The notes under the pieces were generated by a model. The model was not told the DNA's origin and did no database searches. It was given only the letters and a program-made list of their open reading frames with translations. This document shows, piece after piece, positions 1-9,858 of a stretch of 55,516 nt of DNA. Made by a program: the position numbers and the translations under genes. Numbering within the stretch: position 1 is the stretch's first letter; every line of letters starts with the position of its first letter. This stretch comes from a virus (taxonomy: Duplodnaviria; Caudoviricetes), in the IMG/VR virus record IMGVR_UViG_3300035703_000121, positions 1 to 55,516 of that record, one strand, 5' to 3'.

Positions 1-327
1 GGCATTATCTGCTATAAATTTCCATTTTTGCTTACCTGTTTTAGTTAATCCGTTTTTTCTCCAAAAACCATATTGATAGAAGCTTTCTCTCACCCAAAGC
101 ACATCGCCAACTTCACCGTATGGGCATTTCCAACTCTCTTGTACTTCATGTCTTGGAGGTTCTTTCATGATTTGTATTTGTTGACCAAATCCCCAACCAT
201 CAATAGGAATTATTGGTAAGTCGTTACGGATAGGTTGTGGTTTAACAACTCTCCTGGTCTGTACTTTGGTTCCGTTTAGAATCGCCTGAACCATAGGCGT
301 GCTGAATAAAATTGGTTTGAAATTCAT
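1..327 (-). CDS. ASCH/PUA-like phage protein, runs off window start
   Basis: Manual translation MNFKPILFSTPMVQAILNGTKVQTRRVVKPQP...CPYGEVGDVLWVRE; common phage family. Confidence 0.7.
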   Translation of the reverse strand, partial: MNFKPILFSTPMVQAILNGTKVQTRRVVKPQPIRNDLPIIPIDGWGFGQQIQIMKEPPRHEVQESWKCPYGEVGDVLWVRESFYQYGFWRKNGLTKTGKQKWKFIADNA

Positions 328-330
328 AAT

Positions 331-1542
331 TTAATCTTTAATATTTTTAAACAAAGTTTCCATAACACTACCGTCTTGGTAGTAAATCTCTTCTGTCGGA
401 GTTGATGCGAGAGGCTCGTCTCCACTCCATCTATCCGGCCATGTTTTAGCTTCTATCAATTCGCCAATTCTCATTATTTCATCAGCGTTTAGAATATCGA
501 TTTTTGGCATTCCTACTTTTTCGGCCTTTGAATTAACCTCTTCTTGAAGCAAAATAATTTCGGTTAAGAAATGGGCTCTTGCTTGTAGGGTTAACGGACC
601 CATTCTATACTGATTCTTTGAACGTGTTCCGTCTTTTTTGAATTCTTGACCATCTTTTCTGAGTCTATATTTTGGATATCGCATTTCTCGATACAATACT
701 TTCAGTTTTTTAAGAGGTCTTAGGTACTCCCATTTTGGATTCAAAAGAACAGTATCAAGCGATTTGTCTTTGTCAACCAAAGGACAACCGATACATCCGG
801 TTCTTGCGTTTATTTCTTCGGCTTCATCACCACCATAAGCATCGGCCACAAGCTCTGTATTCCATCCGCCGTATTTTGGCATTGGTGCAAAAACCTTTAA
901 CCAATCCCATACATTGCAAACTCTCCAATGAAGTATCGGAGCTAATGTTGCGCACAAGTCATTTTGAAGTCCGGTTTGATACCATCCTTGACCACATTCT
1001 CCGCCATCTTTCGAGCAACTAACGTTAATTCTTTGGTCGCGAACAGCGGACTCACCAAGTCTAACACCGGTTAACATGAGTATTTTTTGGCCTTTTGACT
1101 GTATAAAATCCTTAACTGCCTCTTCCATTGGTTCAACTTTAATTTGACCGGTACACCATCTGAAAGTATTTGATGGTGGAGGAACACCTCTGCCAAGAAT
1201 ATAAACCAAGAATCTTTGGTCAATTGGAGCTGTTACAACCTCAACTCTTACACCTCTTTCTTCGAGTTGCTTTTTCAATACTTGTGCAGAAAGCCAAAGC
1301 GGAGTTAATTCCATTCTTGTATCAGCTGCGAATATGGTTAAAGATTTCGGAGCTGGTATTTGCCCGGTATTGATTAATTGAACAACCAAAGTAACAAGGG
1401 TTGTAGAGTCTTTTCCCCAACTCCAAGCCATTGCCCAGTGGTCATGCATTGGTCCATACGTTTTTAACGACTCGATGGTTAAATCAATGCTTTCTGCAAC
1501 GGTTATCGGTTCTGTTCCGAATATGTTAAGTTGTGATTTCAT
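331..1542 (-). CDS. PAPS-reductase family (DndC-like PP-loop) protein
   Basis: SWGKDS PP-loop, ADTRME, RWCT, GVRLGES, RTGCIGCP. Confidence 0.8.
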   Translation of the reverse strand: MKSQLNIFGTEPITVAESIDLTIESLKTYGPMHDHWAMAWSWGKDSTTLVTLVVQLINTGQIPAPKSLTIFAADTRMELTPLWLSAQVLKKQLEERGVRVEVVTAPIDQRFLVYILGRGVPPPSNTFRWCTGQIKVEPMEEAVKDFIQSKGQKILMLTGVRLGESAVRDQRINVSCSKDGGECGQGWYQTGLQNDLCATLAPILHWRVCNVWDWLKVFAPMPKYGGWNTELVADAYGGDEAEEINARTGCIGCPLVDKDKSLDTVLLNPKWEYLRPLKKLKVLYREMRYPKYRLRKDGQEFKKDGTRSKNQYRMGPLTLQARAHFLTEIILLQEEVNSKAEKVGMPKIDILNADEIMRIGELIEAKTWPDRWSGDEPLASTPTEEIYYQDGSVMETLFKNIKD

Positions 1543-1544
1543 AC

Positions 1545-1799
1545 TTATTCCTTTTTTTGGTAATTTTTATCATTATTACCATTATCGGTAATTTTGTAAA
1601 GTGGACAAGCCAAATCTTTACATTTTATTTTTAATAATCCGTTTGTTGTTCTGTTGCTTTTACGAACTCCACAGTATTGAAAAACTTTACTGTTACATTG
1701 CCATCTTTGTCGATGTTCACAAGTATTGCAAGTGGCTAATTTTGCACTATTATCGTTTTTATTTTCAGGAAAGTCGAAAAGCGTTTCTTGTGATTCCAT
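1545..1799 (-). CDS. Small Cys-rich phage protein
   Basis: CxxC motifs; tight operon spacing. Confidence 0.6.
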   Translation of the reverse strand: MESQETLFDFPENKNDNSAKLATCNTCEHRQRWQCNSKVFQYCGVRKSNRTTNGLLKIKCKDLACPLYKITDNGNNDKNYQKKE

Positions 1800-1801
1800 A
1801 A

Positions 1802-2140
1802 CTACTTCTCATTTACAATTTGAACCTTAAACCCACACTTTGAACAGCTCTGATATTTCCAATCGGCCGAAGTGATAAGCGTATGGTTACACTCCGATTT
1901 TTTAATTCTAACCTTTAGACCTTTCAAAATTAAAACCTCGTCGTTGATCCCCTCGTCGTTCGCTCCACGCTCAAGAAGATAGGATTGGATGGCTTCGGCT
2001 TTGATTAGTTCTAAATTTGAGGATTTATATTCCTCAGCAATTTCAACAATGTTTTCGATAGCTGCATCGGGTTCAAGACCCGAGTACAGCACGAAATTCA
2101 TTTGAAAACCTATTTTGTTTTTTAAATCCGATTTTGTCAT
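1802..2140 (-). CDS. Hypothetical protein with C-terminal zinc ribbon
   Basis: CxH...CxxC; operon spacing. Confidence 0.6.
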   Translation of the reverse strand: MTKSDLKNKIGFQMNFVLYSGLEPDAAIENIVEIAEEYKSSNLELIKAEAIQSYLLERGANDEGINDEVLILKGLKVRIKKSECNHTLITSADWKYQSCSKCGFKVQIVNEK

Positions 2141-2721
2141 TATAAGTATTTATTGATTAATTCTACCGGCGTGCAGTTGTACTTTTGGCTTAGGTTGTGG
2201 ATGGTCATTGCAATATTCATTTCAACTGTAAGACCTATTTTTTCTTCTATTTCAGACAATAAACCGTATTTTTTCGCCGACCTCATTGAAATAGTTGAAA
2301 CATCCATACTACCTGGAACACACTCATGTAAAGAGAAATCGGTTTTCTCTTTTAAAACCTCTTTGTAGAATTTCTCGCATTCCTCAAAGTTTAACCATGC
2401 CACGTAATAGTTGTCTTTATCCCAAGAATATCCGCTTTTAAATGGCTTAGAAACCTCGAAAGGTTTGAAGTGAGCAATAACGGGTTCCGAGCAAAAGAAG
2501 TAAGCGCAAGGCAATTCTGTAACCTCTGTATCTTCACTTTTAAGTGAATTATCGAATTTTTCAATTGCTTCTACTTTGGATTTTCCATAGACAGAAAGTT
2601 CCATTTTACGGCGTGGTTTTTCAGGATCAAACATCTGGGTAACCACATTGACGCCCATTTTTTCAGAGCCGTTTTTTGCAACGGCTCTGATTATTGGTTG
2701 ATAGAAATTTACTTTTCTCAT
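2140..2721 (-). CDS. Hypothetical phage protein
   Basis: 193 aa ORF with coupled start/stop. Confidence 0.6.
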   Translation of the reverse strand: MRKVNFYQPIIRAVAKNGSEKMGVNVVTQMFDPEKPRRKMELSVYGKSKVEAIEKFDNSLKSEDTEVTELPCAYFFCSEPVIAHFKPFEVSKPFKSGYSWDKDNYYVAWLNFEECEKFYKEVLKEKTDFSLHECVPGSMDVSTISMRSAKKYGLLSEIEEKIGLTVEMNIAMTIHNLSQKYNCTPVELINKYL

Positions 2722-2725
2722 GACT

Positions 2726-3841
2726 TTAAGAATTTAACATTACCGGCATTACAAGCATCAAATACTCTTCGTCATTACCACACATTTCGGGTTTAACGAT
2801 ACCGGCTCTGTTTGGTGCGGATGTCTCGATGATTGCTTTCTCGGTTGATACATTACCCAAAGCTTCGGAAAGGAAGCGAGCATTGAAACCAATTTGGATA
2901 TCGCCACCATTTGGCTCGCAAGTAATTGTTTCGGTTCCATTGGTGCTGTAGTTCTTATCCTCAGCCATAATGTTCAAAGTTTCGCCGGTTTGCTTGATGG
3001 CCACCTGATGAGTAGTTTTGTCCGAGAATATCGAAACGCGTTTTAAAGAAGCCAAAAACTCTTTGGTATTTACCATGAATGAGTTCGGGTTGTTCTTTGG
3101 GATAACGGCTTCATAGTTTGGATATTTAGCATCAATCAATCTGCTTTTCATTTCGTAATCTCCAAAAGAGAATGAGGTGTTGTTTTGATTGTATTTGATT
3201 TCAACCTCAACATCTAAAGTGGCCAAAATTCCTTTGATGATTCCCAGAGGTTTTTTTGGAACGATAAAGTCAACTTCCTGATTACAGCTCACATCGTTTC
3301 TAACATACTTGGCCAAGCGGTGAGCATCGGTAGCCACAAAGGTTATACTGTTAATTTTCACTTGGAAAAGCACGCCATTCATTACCGGTCTAAGTTCATC
3401 GTTACCACAAGCGAAAATTGTATTGCTGATGGCGGTTTCTAATGATTCCGATTTGATTGTGATAGCTGCGGGATTTTCCAAATCCAACGACTTTGGAAAC
3501 TGATCACCATCGTAACAAGCAACAGAATAGTTTCCGGAAGCAGAAACAATCTCGATAAGGTTGTCGGCTTGCTTGTTGATTTCGATTGGTTGTGATGGTA
3601 ATAGCTTTAGGATATCCAAAAGCATTTTCGACGGAATACATACTTTGGCGTCGGTTTGGCTTTCAACTTCTAATTTAGCAATCATGGTGTTATCCAAGTC
3701 CGAAGCGGTGATTTTCAACTCATTGCCGGTTACTTCAAATAAGAAGTTTTCCAATATTGGCATGGCGCTTACACTTACTCCGATTCCTGATAAGTATTGC
3801 AGTTTTTCTAATAGTACTTTGCTGTTTGATTTGATATTCAT
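2726..3841 (-). CDS. dnaN: DNA polymerase III beta sliding clamp (phage-encoded)
   Basis: 371 aa; ASDLD, RPVMNG, VATDAHRLA, YPNYEAVIP, IGFNARFL, LMLVMPV. Confidence 0.93.
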   Translation of the reverse strand: MNIKSNSKVLLEKLQYLSGIGVSVSAMPILENFLFEVTGNELKITASDLDNTMIAKLEVESQTDAKVCIPSKMLLDILKLLPSQPIEINKQADNLIEIVSASGNYSVACYDGDQFPKSLDLENPAAITIKSESLETAISNTIFACGNDELRPVMNGVLFQVKINSITFVATDAHRLAKYVRNDVSCNQEVDFIVPKKPLGIIKGILATLDVEVEIKYNQNNTSFSFGDYEMKSRLIDAKYPNYEAVIPKNNPNSFMVNTKEFLASLKRVSIFSDKTTHQVAIKQTGETLNIMAEDKNYSTNGTETITCEPNGGDIQIGFNARFLSEALGNVSTEKAIIETSAPNRAGIVKPEMCGNDEEYLMLVMPVMLNS

Positions 3842-3861
3842 TTTTCTATTTTTAAATGGTT

Positions 3862-5205
3862 TTACGCTGATTTTTGAATTTGTTGTTTTACTTTTTTAGG
3901 CTTTGAGCCTTTCAGAACCTTTCTGATTTCGGGAATGTTTTTATTGATTAATTTTCTGATTCTTTCGTTATGTTGCGTTGGAAGATTTTTAAAACCTCTT
4001 GACTGCTCTATAACCATTTCCGGAATAATCATTTCAATAGTTTCAACCCTTTTGCCATCAATCTTGGCAGAGAATATTAGAGAATGCTTTTTGAGATAGT
4101 ATTCATTAACAAAAACACAATGATTAAGTTCGTCTCCTTCTTCTTCAAACTCCTTCACGCTTTGGAGTAATCTAATTGAAAGGTCTCCATCGGTAAATTC
4201 TAAATCAAAGAATTTCTTGCATCTTTCAACGTACTCAACTATTGCCTCATTGAGATTTTCTTGTCTTTTTTGAGCGGCCAACAATTGTATTTCTCGTTCT
4301 TGTCGTCTTTGAATCTCTCGCTTTTTGTTCATCAAGCGATCATGCTCTTTTTTTAGTTCTTTCGGGCAGACAAACTTTGCGTTTCTCACGTCTTTTCGGA
4401 AGTACCGAAGTAAATCCAAGTAGTCAAAATACATTGAGGCATCATTGACTTTGTATTTATTCCGGAAGCATATTTTTAGCGTTGGCCAGTAATGATTTAC
4501 GTTAGAGTAATGATTTCCGCAAATTGCCTGAAGAAGTGAATACTGTTTGATTTTTAAAAGCGTTTCTGCTTTAGGGTTGTTTGGGATATATTTCAAAGCA
4601 TCCATAAAATTGATTCCTCTCAAATTCTTGTCGATTCCGTATTTTTTGTATTCCGGCTTGAAATAAGAGTCGGGATGATACATGTGCGGGTAAACATCGT
4701 ATTTATGGTTGTTGTAATAGCTGTTGCCATTAACTCTAATCTCCATATCACCACCCCAAGAGTCACAGTGCCAGTTTGAATGGTGATGCAATGCGTAAAT
4801 AGTATTTTTGCCATCGGGTCCAACCCAGTTCTGCACTATTTCGTGTAAAAAATACTTGGCCGGCATCCCCTTTTTGTAATGAGCAATCAGTTCAAAATTT
4901 CTGATTACTTGAAACTCTTCCACTACTTCGGCAAGAGCAAAATAATTGACTTGTCTATCGGTTCTGCAGCGGGATTCTTTTACATCAACCTTTGTGTTAC
5001 AGTTAGGGCAAACGGCTTTTTTTCTTTTCACTAAATCAAGAGAAAAAGACTCTCCACAGTCCAAACAAAAAGCAGATTTTTTAGTAGCGTATGCTCTATG
5101 CTCCAAGCATTCTCTATAAGCCCACTCTTTTTGAGCTTTGGAAAACCCAAGCAGCTCTTTTGCTAAAGAGACAACTCTGAAATGAAGTTTGGTTCTCGGT
5201 TTCAT
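3862..5205 (-). CDS. PcfJ-domain protein
   Basis: N-terminal Zn motifs; YFDYLDLL, EHDRL, EEGDELNHCV, QSRG motifs; adjacent to PcfK-like gene. Confidence 0.85.
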   Translation of the reverse strand: MKPRTKLHFRVVSLAKELLGFSKAQKEWAYRECLEHRAYATKKSAFCLDCGESFSLDLVKRKKAVCPNCNTKVDVKESRCRTDRQVNYFALAEVVEEFQVIRNFELIAHYKKGMPAKYFLHEIVQNWVGPDGKNTIYALHHHSNWHCDSWGGDMEIRVNGNSYYNNHKYDVYPHMYHPDSYFKPEYKKYGIDKNLRGINFMDALKYIPNNPKAETLLKIKQYSLLQAICGNHYSNVNHYWPTLKICFRNKYKVNDASMYFDYLDLLRYFRKDVRNAKFVCPKELKKEHDRLMNKKREIQRRQEREIQLLAAQKRQENLNEAIVEYVERCKKFFDLEFTDGDLSIRLLQSVKEFEEEGDELNHCVFVNEYYLKKHSLIFSAKIDGKRVETIEMIIPEMVIEQSRGFKNLPTQHNERIRKLINKNIPEIRKVLKGSKPKKVKQQIQKSA

Positions 5206-5208
5206 GGT

Positions 5209-5616
5209 TTAGAATAATTCGCCTTGGGTAACTGCGGGTTGGTCCTCTTTTTTGGCTTTTGCCTTTTTGATTAACTTATCCTTAGCCTCTTGAATAGCTA
5301 ATTGCATTGCTTTTTCTTTAGCTTGGGCAATTTCTTCTTCTGATAAATCAACTGCGTGGTTGACTACTACTTTAGCTTGAATTGGTTTTCCAATCTCAAC
5401 CTTTTCTTCATCGTAGTAATGCATGGCCATTCCGAAGATTTCCTCGTCAGCAAAACCTACAGCTCCGCTATTCTTTACGGTGTTTAAAATGTAGGTGATG
5501 CAATCGTCGATGTTTTTTTCTGGGTTTTGCATTTTCTCAGCAAAAGCCGGATCATTAGCAGCTATGCTGTCTAAATGTTCTTTGATTGTTTTTTTGAAAG
5601 TGTCTGTTGATTTCAT
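5209..5616 (-). CDS. PcfK-like / AcrIIA9-family protein
   Basis: KNIDDCITYILN, HYYDE, VVVNH motifs characteristic of PcfK/AcrIIA9. Confidence 0.85.
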   Translation of the reverse strand: MKSTDTFKKTIKEHLDSIAANDPAFAEKMQNPEKNIDDCITYILNTVKNSGAVGFADEEIFGMAMHYYDEEKVEIGKPIQAKVVVNHAVDLSEEEIAQAKEKAMQLAIQEAKDKLIKKAKAKKEDQPAVTQGELF

Positions 5617-5618
5617 GA

Positions 5619-6011
5619 TTAAAGTTTATTTGATAAGTAATCGTTAATAATTCCGGCAGTCATTTCGAATGACCAACTAAAGCAGGCAAAATATCCTTTG
5701 GCTCTTAGCTGTTTGATGGTGGCTTGCTGACCTTCCAAGTGTTCATCTTTCAATAACTCTCCGTTTATTTTGAAAGGGCTTTTTACTTTCAATTCAATAA
5801 AAAGACCGTTATATTTTTCGTTTGGTTCAAAAATTAGCAAATCGGGCGTTTTAAAGCCTTCTTTTTGAATTTGCTTATTTCTTTTCTGTTGTGGGATAGT
5901 TAGCTTAACTGATGCTATCGTATCGCTGAGAAAAAGCATTTTAGGATATTGAATAGAAATCCATTTGCATATTTTCTTTTGTAATTCAAATTCTGGTTGG
6001 CTTTTACTCAT
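5619..6011 (-). CDS. VRR-NUC family nuclease
   Basis: PDLLIF...LFIELK...Q...L..KGY PD-(D/E)xK pattern. Confidence 0.75.
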   Translation of the reverse strand: MSKSQPEFELQKKICKWISIQYPKMLFLSDTIASVKLTIPQQKRNKQIQKEGFKTPDLLIFEPNEKYNGLFIELKVKSPFKINGELLKDEHLEGQQATIKQLRAKGYFACFSWSFEMTAGIINDYLSNKL

Positions 6012-6385
6012 GATGCTTTTAGTGTTACTTCAAATTTTTCTTTTAATTCCAAAAAGTTAAACCAATCCTTTTCGCTCCACTGTTTAACCGATTTTCCCCA
6101 GAGATAGTGTCGGTTATCTTTTCTAAGGACATCAAGTATTTCAAAATAGGTTAGGCCTGTATTGATGAACTTTGGCTTAGTATCTTTCAGAACAATGCCT
6201 CTACTTTTCAATAATTGCTCTTCTGTTTTTTTGCTTTCTCGCCAAGCTTTGTTTCTAGCTAAAGCCCTTTCTCGGTTATTTTGATACCAAGTTTTTTTCT
6301 TTTGTTTAGCTTTTTCCTTGTTTCTATTATACCAATCCCTTTGCTGCTTGGCTTTGATTTCTTTAATTGTGAGTTGCTGCTCCAT
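6008..6385 (-). CDS. Basic hypothetical protein
   Basis: ORF in operon; WYxxN repeats. Confidence 0.6.
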   Translation of the reverse strand: MEQQLTIKEIKAKQQRDWYNRNKEKAKQKKKTWYQNNRERALARNKAWRESKKTEEQLLKSRGIVLKDTKPKFINTGLTYFEILDVLRKDNRHYLWGKSVKQWSEKDWFNFLELKEKFEVTLKAS

Positions 6386-6396
6386 TTTTAGAATTT

Positions 6397-6621
6397 TTAA
6401 ATTGTTCTGTAATTGATTTTAGATTGCTTGGTCTCATATTGAACCGGGACTTCTTCAAGCATTTTCTCAAAACTCATTTCTCTGATTTTATCTATCCGAA
6501 GCGTTATTTTATACATTTCAGACAGAAGCTTTGGTAGAGAGTCGTTTGGGCAATAAGGCATAAAGTCTTTGTAATCTTTGAGCCTCATTTCTAACCGGTT
6601 CTTTTGGGTTATAGAATTCAT
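6397..6621 (-). CDS. Hypothetical protein
   Basis: ORF in operon. Confidence 0.55.
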   Translation of the reverse strand: MNSITQKNRLEMRLKDYKDFMPYCPNDSLPKLLSEMYKITLRIDKIREMSFEKMLEEVPVQYETKQSKINYRTI

Positions 6622-7334
6622 TTTTGAATTGATTTTCTTTTTGATTTCAAATACCCCAGGTATGGTACCATTTCCGATTTACTGCTCCAATCCAAAATGG
6701 TGTCTTCAAGCATTTGTCGGTCCATAGATTTTACCATTTCATCAATCTCTTTTTCTGCTTTTTCCCTTCTTTCCTTTTCGGCCTTTTGAGCTCTTTGTTT
6801 AGCGTAGAACTGTTCGACGGCATTATTTTCATTTTGTTTAGAATATTGCTCAGACTGCTTTTTGTTTAATATTTCAACCTCAGCATATTTTTTATCCAAG
6901 TACTGATCCATCCATTTATCTTTTCCTAAGATGTTTTGGCCATCGACTTTGTAATCTTTGCCGTCTCCAATCATACCTTGCCGAACTTGTTTTAGCATCA
7001 AAAGAATATCTTCAATTGTTTCGTAAGGATACTTTTCCATAATGTCAATAGCTATCATGGAAGCTTGCGTACTTGTGATGTTTTTTCCAACATTAAATCC
7101 TTCTGAAAATCTGATTAAGAAATATGTTATTACTTTAGCGACATTGATTTCTCCAACGGCTTTTTGAAGGCTTGATAGCTTGGTTCCGTCTATGGCTTTT
7201 GTAATTGTCAAATTCTTTTCAATAATCAATAAAGCAACTTCATTCTGAGACGCCAAACATTGCATTAACTGCGTCGTTAGCGGATTTTTTAAGATTTGAA
7301 TCTGATTTTGCGTTACCTGAAGTCCTATTTCCAT
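6618..7334 (-). CDS. Replication-associated protein (possible helicase-loader role)
   Basis: Overlaps the end of the initiator gene, lambda O/P-like arrangement. Confidence 0.5.
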   Translation of the reverse strand: MEIGLQVTQNQIQILKNPLTTQLMQCLASQNEVALLIIEKNLTITKAIDGTKLSSLQKAVGEINVAKVITYFLIRFSEGFNVGKNITSTQASMIAIDIMEKYPYETIEDILLMLKQVRQGMIGDGKDYKVDGQNILGKDKWMDQYLDKKYAEVEILNKKQSEQYSKQNENNAVEQFYAKQRAQKAEKERREKAEKEIDEMVKSMDRQMLEDTILDWSSKSEMVPYLGYLKSKRKSIQK

Positions 7335-8058
7335 AATTTCCTTCTATTATTTTGTTAAAATTTGTCGGTTTAAAAATCCAATCAAAAGATGCCTTCCAGC
7401 CACTTGAATTATTCCCATTTAAAAAATCTGAATCTGCAACCATCTGAAGTGCTTTTCCAACAGTTTCTAGTCCGTGCTCTTTTATTCTTGAATTAATAGC
7501 TGCTTTTCTTTGTTCGTTTAATTTTTGAACTTGAGGAAGCCCTACACATACTTGATTAAAAATTGAAACGATTTCTTGAAAATTTGGTTTTGCACTTTTA
7601 TTTTTTTTGATTACAATTCCTTCTTCTTTTTCTTCTTCTACTTCATCTTCATACTTCATACTTCTATCTTCTAAAAAAGCATCGCTTTCGCTTATGCGTT
7701 TATCATGCGTTCGCATAAATGCTTTTTTTTCTTTATTTTTAGGGGTTTCAGAGGTTTTTTTCCATCTTCTGTCTGCTGATTCTTTCGCTTTTTCGCTTTT
7801 TTCTTGCTGTTTTTTTCGTTCGATTTCAAGTCTTTTGTTTGTCAAAAACTCTCCGTCAAATTCAAACTTACCTTTCAGATCATCGCTAAGATTTTCCCAA
7901 GGTTTCCCGATGAGAAATTCAAGCCTTTTGACTGGAATTTTTCCATCTGTCCATTGTTTGCAAATCATTTTAATGTACATTCCAATTTCTTCATTGGTAA
8001 GATAAGTGCAGCCGGTAAGAAAGTCTTGAGCATAAAATTGAAATGCGGGTGCTTTCAT
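7240..8058 (-). CDS. DUF1376/YdaU-like replication initiator
   Basis: PAFQFYAQDFL...EEIGMY N-terminus; FDWIFKPTNFNKIIEGNY C-terminus. Confidence 0.8.
   Translation of the reverse strand: MKAPAFQFYAQDFLTGCTYLTNEEIGMYIKMICKQWTDGKIPVKRLEFLIGKPWENLSDDLKGKFEFDGEFLTNKRLEIERKKQQEKSEKAKESADRRWKKTSETPKNKEKKAFMRTHDKRISESDAFLEDRSMKYEDEVEEEKEEGIVIKKNKSAKPNFQEIVSIFNQVCVGLPQVQKLNEQRKAAINSRIKEHGLETVGKALQMVADSDFLNGNNSSGWKASFDWIFKPTNFNKIIEGNYGNRTSGNAKSDSNLKKSANDAVNAMFGVSE
7673..7730. repeat. Candidate origin iterons of element A
   Basis: Clustered ATGCGTT/TCGCAT repeats inside an AAAAAAGCAT..ATGCTTTTTT inverted repeat within the initiator gene. Confidence 0.5.
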
Positions 8059-8064
8059 ATTTTT

Positions 8065-9216
8065 CTATTTTTGAAATGGTACGTTTGTTAACTGCTTTCC
8101 ATTGTTCCAAATGGCATATCTTCCTTTCTCGTCTTGTTTGATTTTCATGGTTTCTATCCTACCGAAGAAATTGAAGTTGCCACCCAAATCAACAATCCAA
8201 GCACTCTCTTTCTTTGGAGAAATTCTCATAGCTCTACCAACTATTTGATAGTATAGCGACAAAGACATTGTGCTTCTTGCAATTAAAACACACTCCAATT
8301 CTGGGTAATCAAAACCGGTAGTAAGAACCCCAACGTTTACCAGGCATTTTATCTTACCGTTTTTAAATTGAGAAAGGATTCTTTCGCGTTCTTCTTTCTT
8401 GGTCTCTCCGGTGAGTAAAGCAGATCCCGGTATATTTTTAACCACAATTTTTGCCTCATCAATCATTGAGCAAAAAACCAAAAGGTTTTTACGTTTCTGC
8501 AATAGTCTGTAGGCGTAATTGGTGATTTTTGCGGGCATATCTATTGATTTGTAGTATCTTCTAAGGGAAGCCTCTGAAAAGTCCGTTCCTGAGCTGTTTA
8601 ATTCAATTTTTGAACGGTCAACAACATTGAAAACGAAATACTCCAACTTTGAAAGATATCCGGCATTGAACAAAACATCGTTCTGAACATAGTAAAGAAC
8701 CTCATGAAACAATCTCGGGCGTGTTCGAGTAATAAACCTCAACTCAGAACCAAATGAAGTATTTGATAATCGATAAGGAGTAGCGGTAAGACCTAAAACT
8801 TTTGCTTTTGGAAATGTTTTGATCAGTTGCTCATACATTCCGCCTTGGGAGTTTACTAAGTGGCACTCGTCAATAAGAATGTTTTCCAATCCTTCAAATA
8901 AATGAAGCTTGTTAATAACACTTCCAATGGTGCAAAAAGTAACGCGGCTTACTTTTTTCTGTCCGGCAGAGGCGCTGTAAATGGAAGCATGAAACCCATA
9001 AGAAATGTACTTTGCAAAATTCTGTTCAAGAATTTCTTTTGATGGCTGAAGAATCATTGTTTTACCACTCAATGGCGCGACTAAGTTTGCAATGACAATA
9101 CTCTTACCGGCACCGGTCGGAAGTATTTCAATGGCATTTTTGTTAGTGGAACCGGTGAAGTATTTTACACCGGCATCCACAGCCTCTTGTTGATATGGTC
9201 GTAGCTGAAAAGCCAT
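8065..9216 (-). CDS. SF2 DEAD/DEAH helicase (RadD/YejH-like)
   Basis: LRPYQ, PTGAGKS, DECH, TATP, TGFD, QIVGR. Confidence 0.9.
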   Translation of the reverse strand: MAFQLRPYQQEAVDAGVKYFTGSTNKNAIEILPTGAGKSIVIANLVAPLSGKTMILQPSKEILEQNFAKYISYGFHASIYSASAGQKKVSRVTFCTIGSVINKLHLFEGLENILIDECHLVNSQGGMYEQLIKTFPKAKVLGLTATPYRLSNTSFGSELRFITRTRPRLFHEVLYYVQNDVLFNAGYLSKLEYFVFNVVDRSKIELNSSGTDFSEASLRRYYKSIDMPAKITNYAYRLLQKRKNLLVFCSMIDEAKIVVKNIPGSALLTGETKKEERERILSQFKNGKIKCLVNVGVLTTGFDYPELECVLIARSTMSLSLYYQIVGRAMRISPKKESAWIVDLGGNFNFFGRIETMKIKQDEKGRYAIWNNGKQLTNVPFQK

Positions 9217-9217
9217 T

Positions 9218-9850
9218 TTATTCTTCCTCTTCTTCGTCAGTTCCTACTTTAGCTCCGGCCAAGTCCATGTTGTCTTCTTCTTCAAAAGTCATTACGGACT
9301 GTTCAAATTGAGGCGCTAATTTCCCATCCATATACTGCTCAACTTCTGAAATAGCAGCATAAATTCTTTGGGTCAATTCTTCGATGTAGAGATAAGTGGC
9401 TCCCTCAAGTTTTATTTTTGGAGTTTCAAATGAGATACTTCCATAAGTAACTTGTTTGTGGCCAACTAAAATCACCGATTTGTTTTCTTCAACACCGGTA
9501 ATTTTAAAACCGGAAACAGAATACAAATTCAATAAGTCCTCGGCTTCAAGTTCTGAAAGAGGTGTTTGGTTGTTGGCATCTTTAAAAGCTCCATCAATGT
9601 GAGCCAAAAAGACGTTTAAATCTTCGAATTTCTGTAGCATATCATCGTGTACAACATGCACGCCTTTTCGGCTTATGATATCGCCTTTGGTTTTACCATC
9701 AAGTAACTCATAAGAGTAGTTACACATTTGGTCGCGAAGAGCAGCACCTTTGATCTCAAGTTTTTTGTCTGAGATAAGGTCTTGTGCGTTTTCACGCACT
9801 TTCATTTTTTTTAGTAACTTGTCGGGGTTAATTTCAATTGCTTTTGTCAT
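9218..9850 (-). CDS. Hypothetical protein with acidic tail
   Basis: 210 aa ORF in operon. Confidence 0.6.
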   Translation of the reverse strand: MTKAIEINPDKLLKKMKVRENAQDLISDKKLEIKGAALRDQMCNYSYELLDGKTKGDIISRKGVHVVHDDMLQKFEDLNVFLAHIDGAFKDANNQTPLSELEAEDLLNLYSVSGFKITGVEENKSVILVGHKQVTYGSISFETPKIKLEGATYLYIEELTQRIYAAISEVEQYMDGKLAPQFEQSVMTFEEEDNMDLAGAKVGTDEEEEE

Positions 9851-9858
9851 TGTTTAAA

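Noticed and set aside
331-1542. Complete Dnd phosphorothioation or sulfate assimilation system
   Set aside because: No dndA/B/D/E, ssp or cys partners are visible; the Rad50-like ATPase lies in the recombination module.
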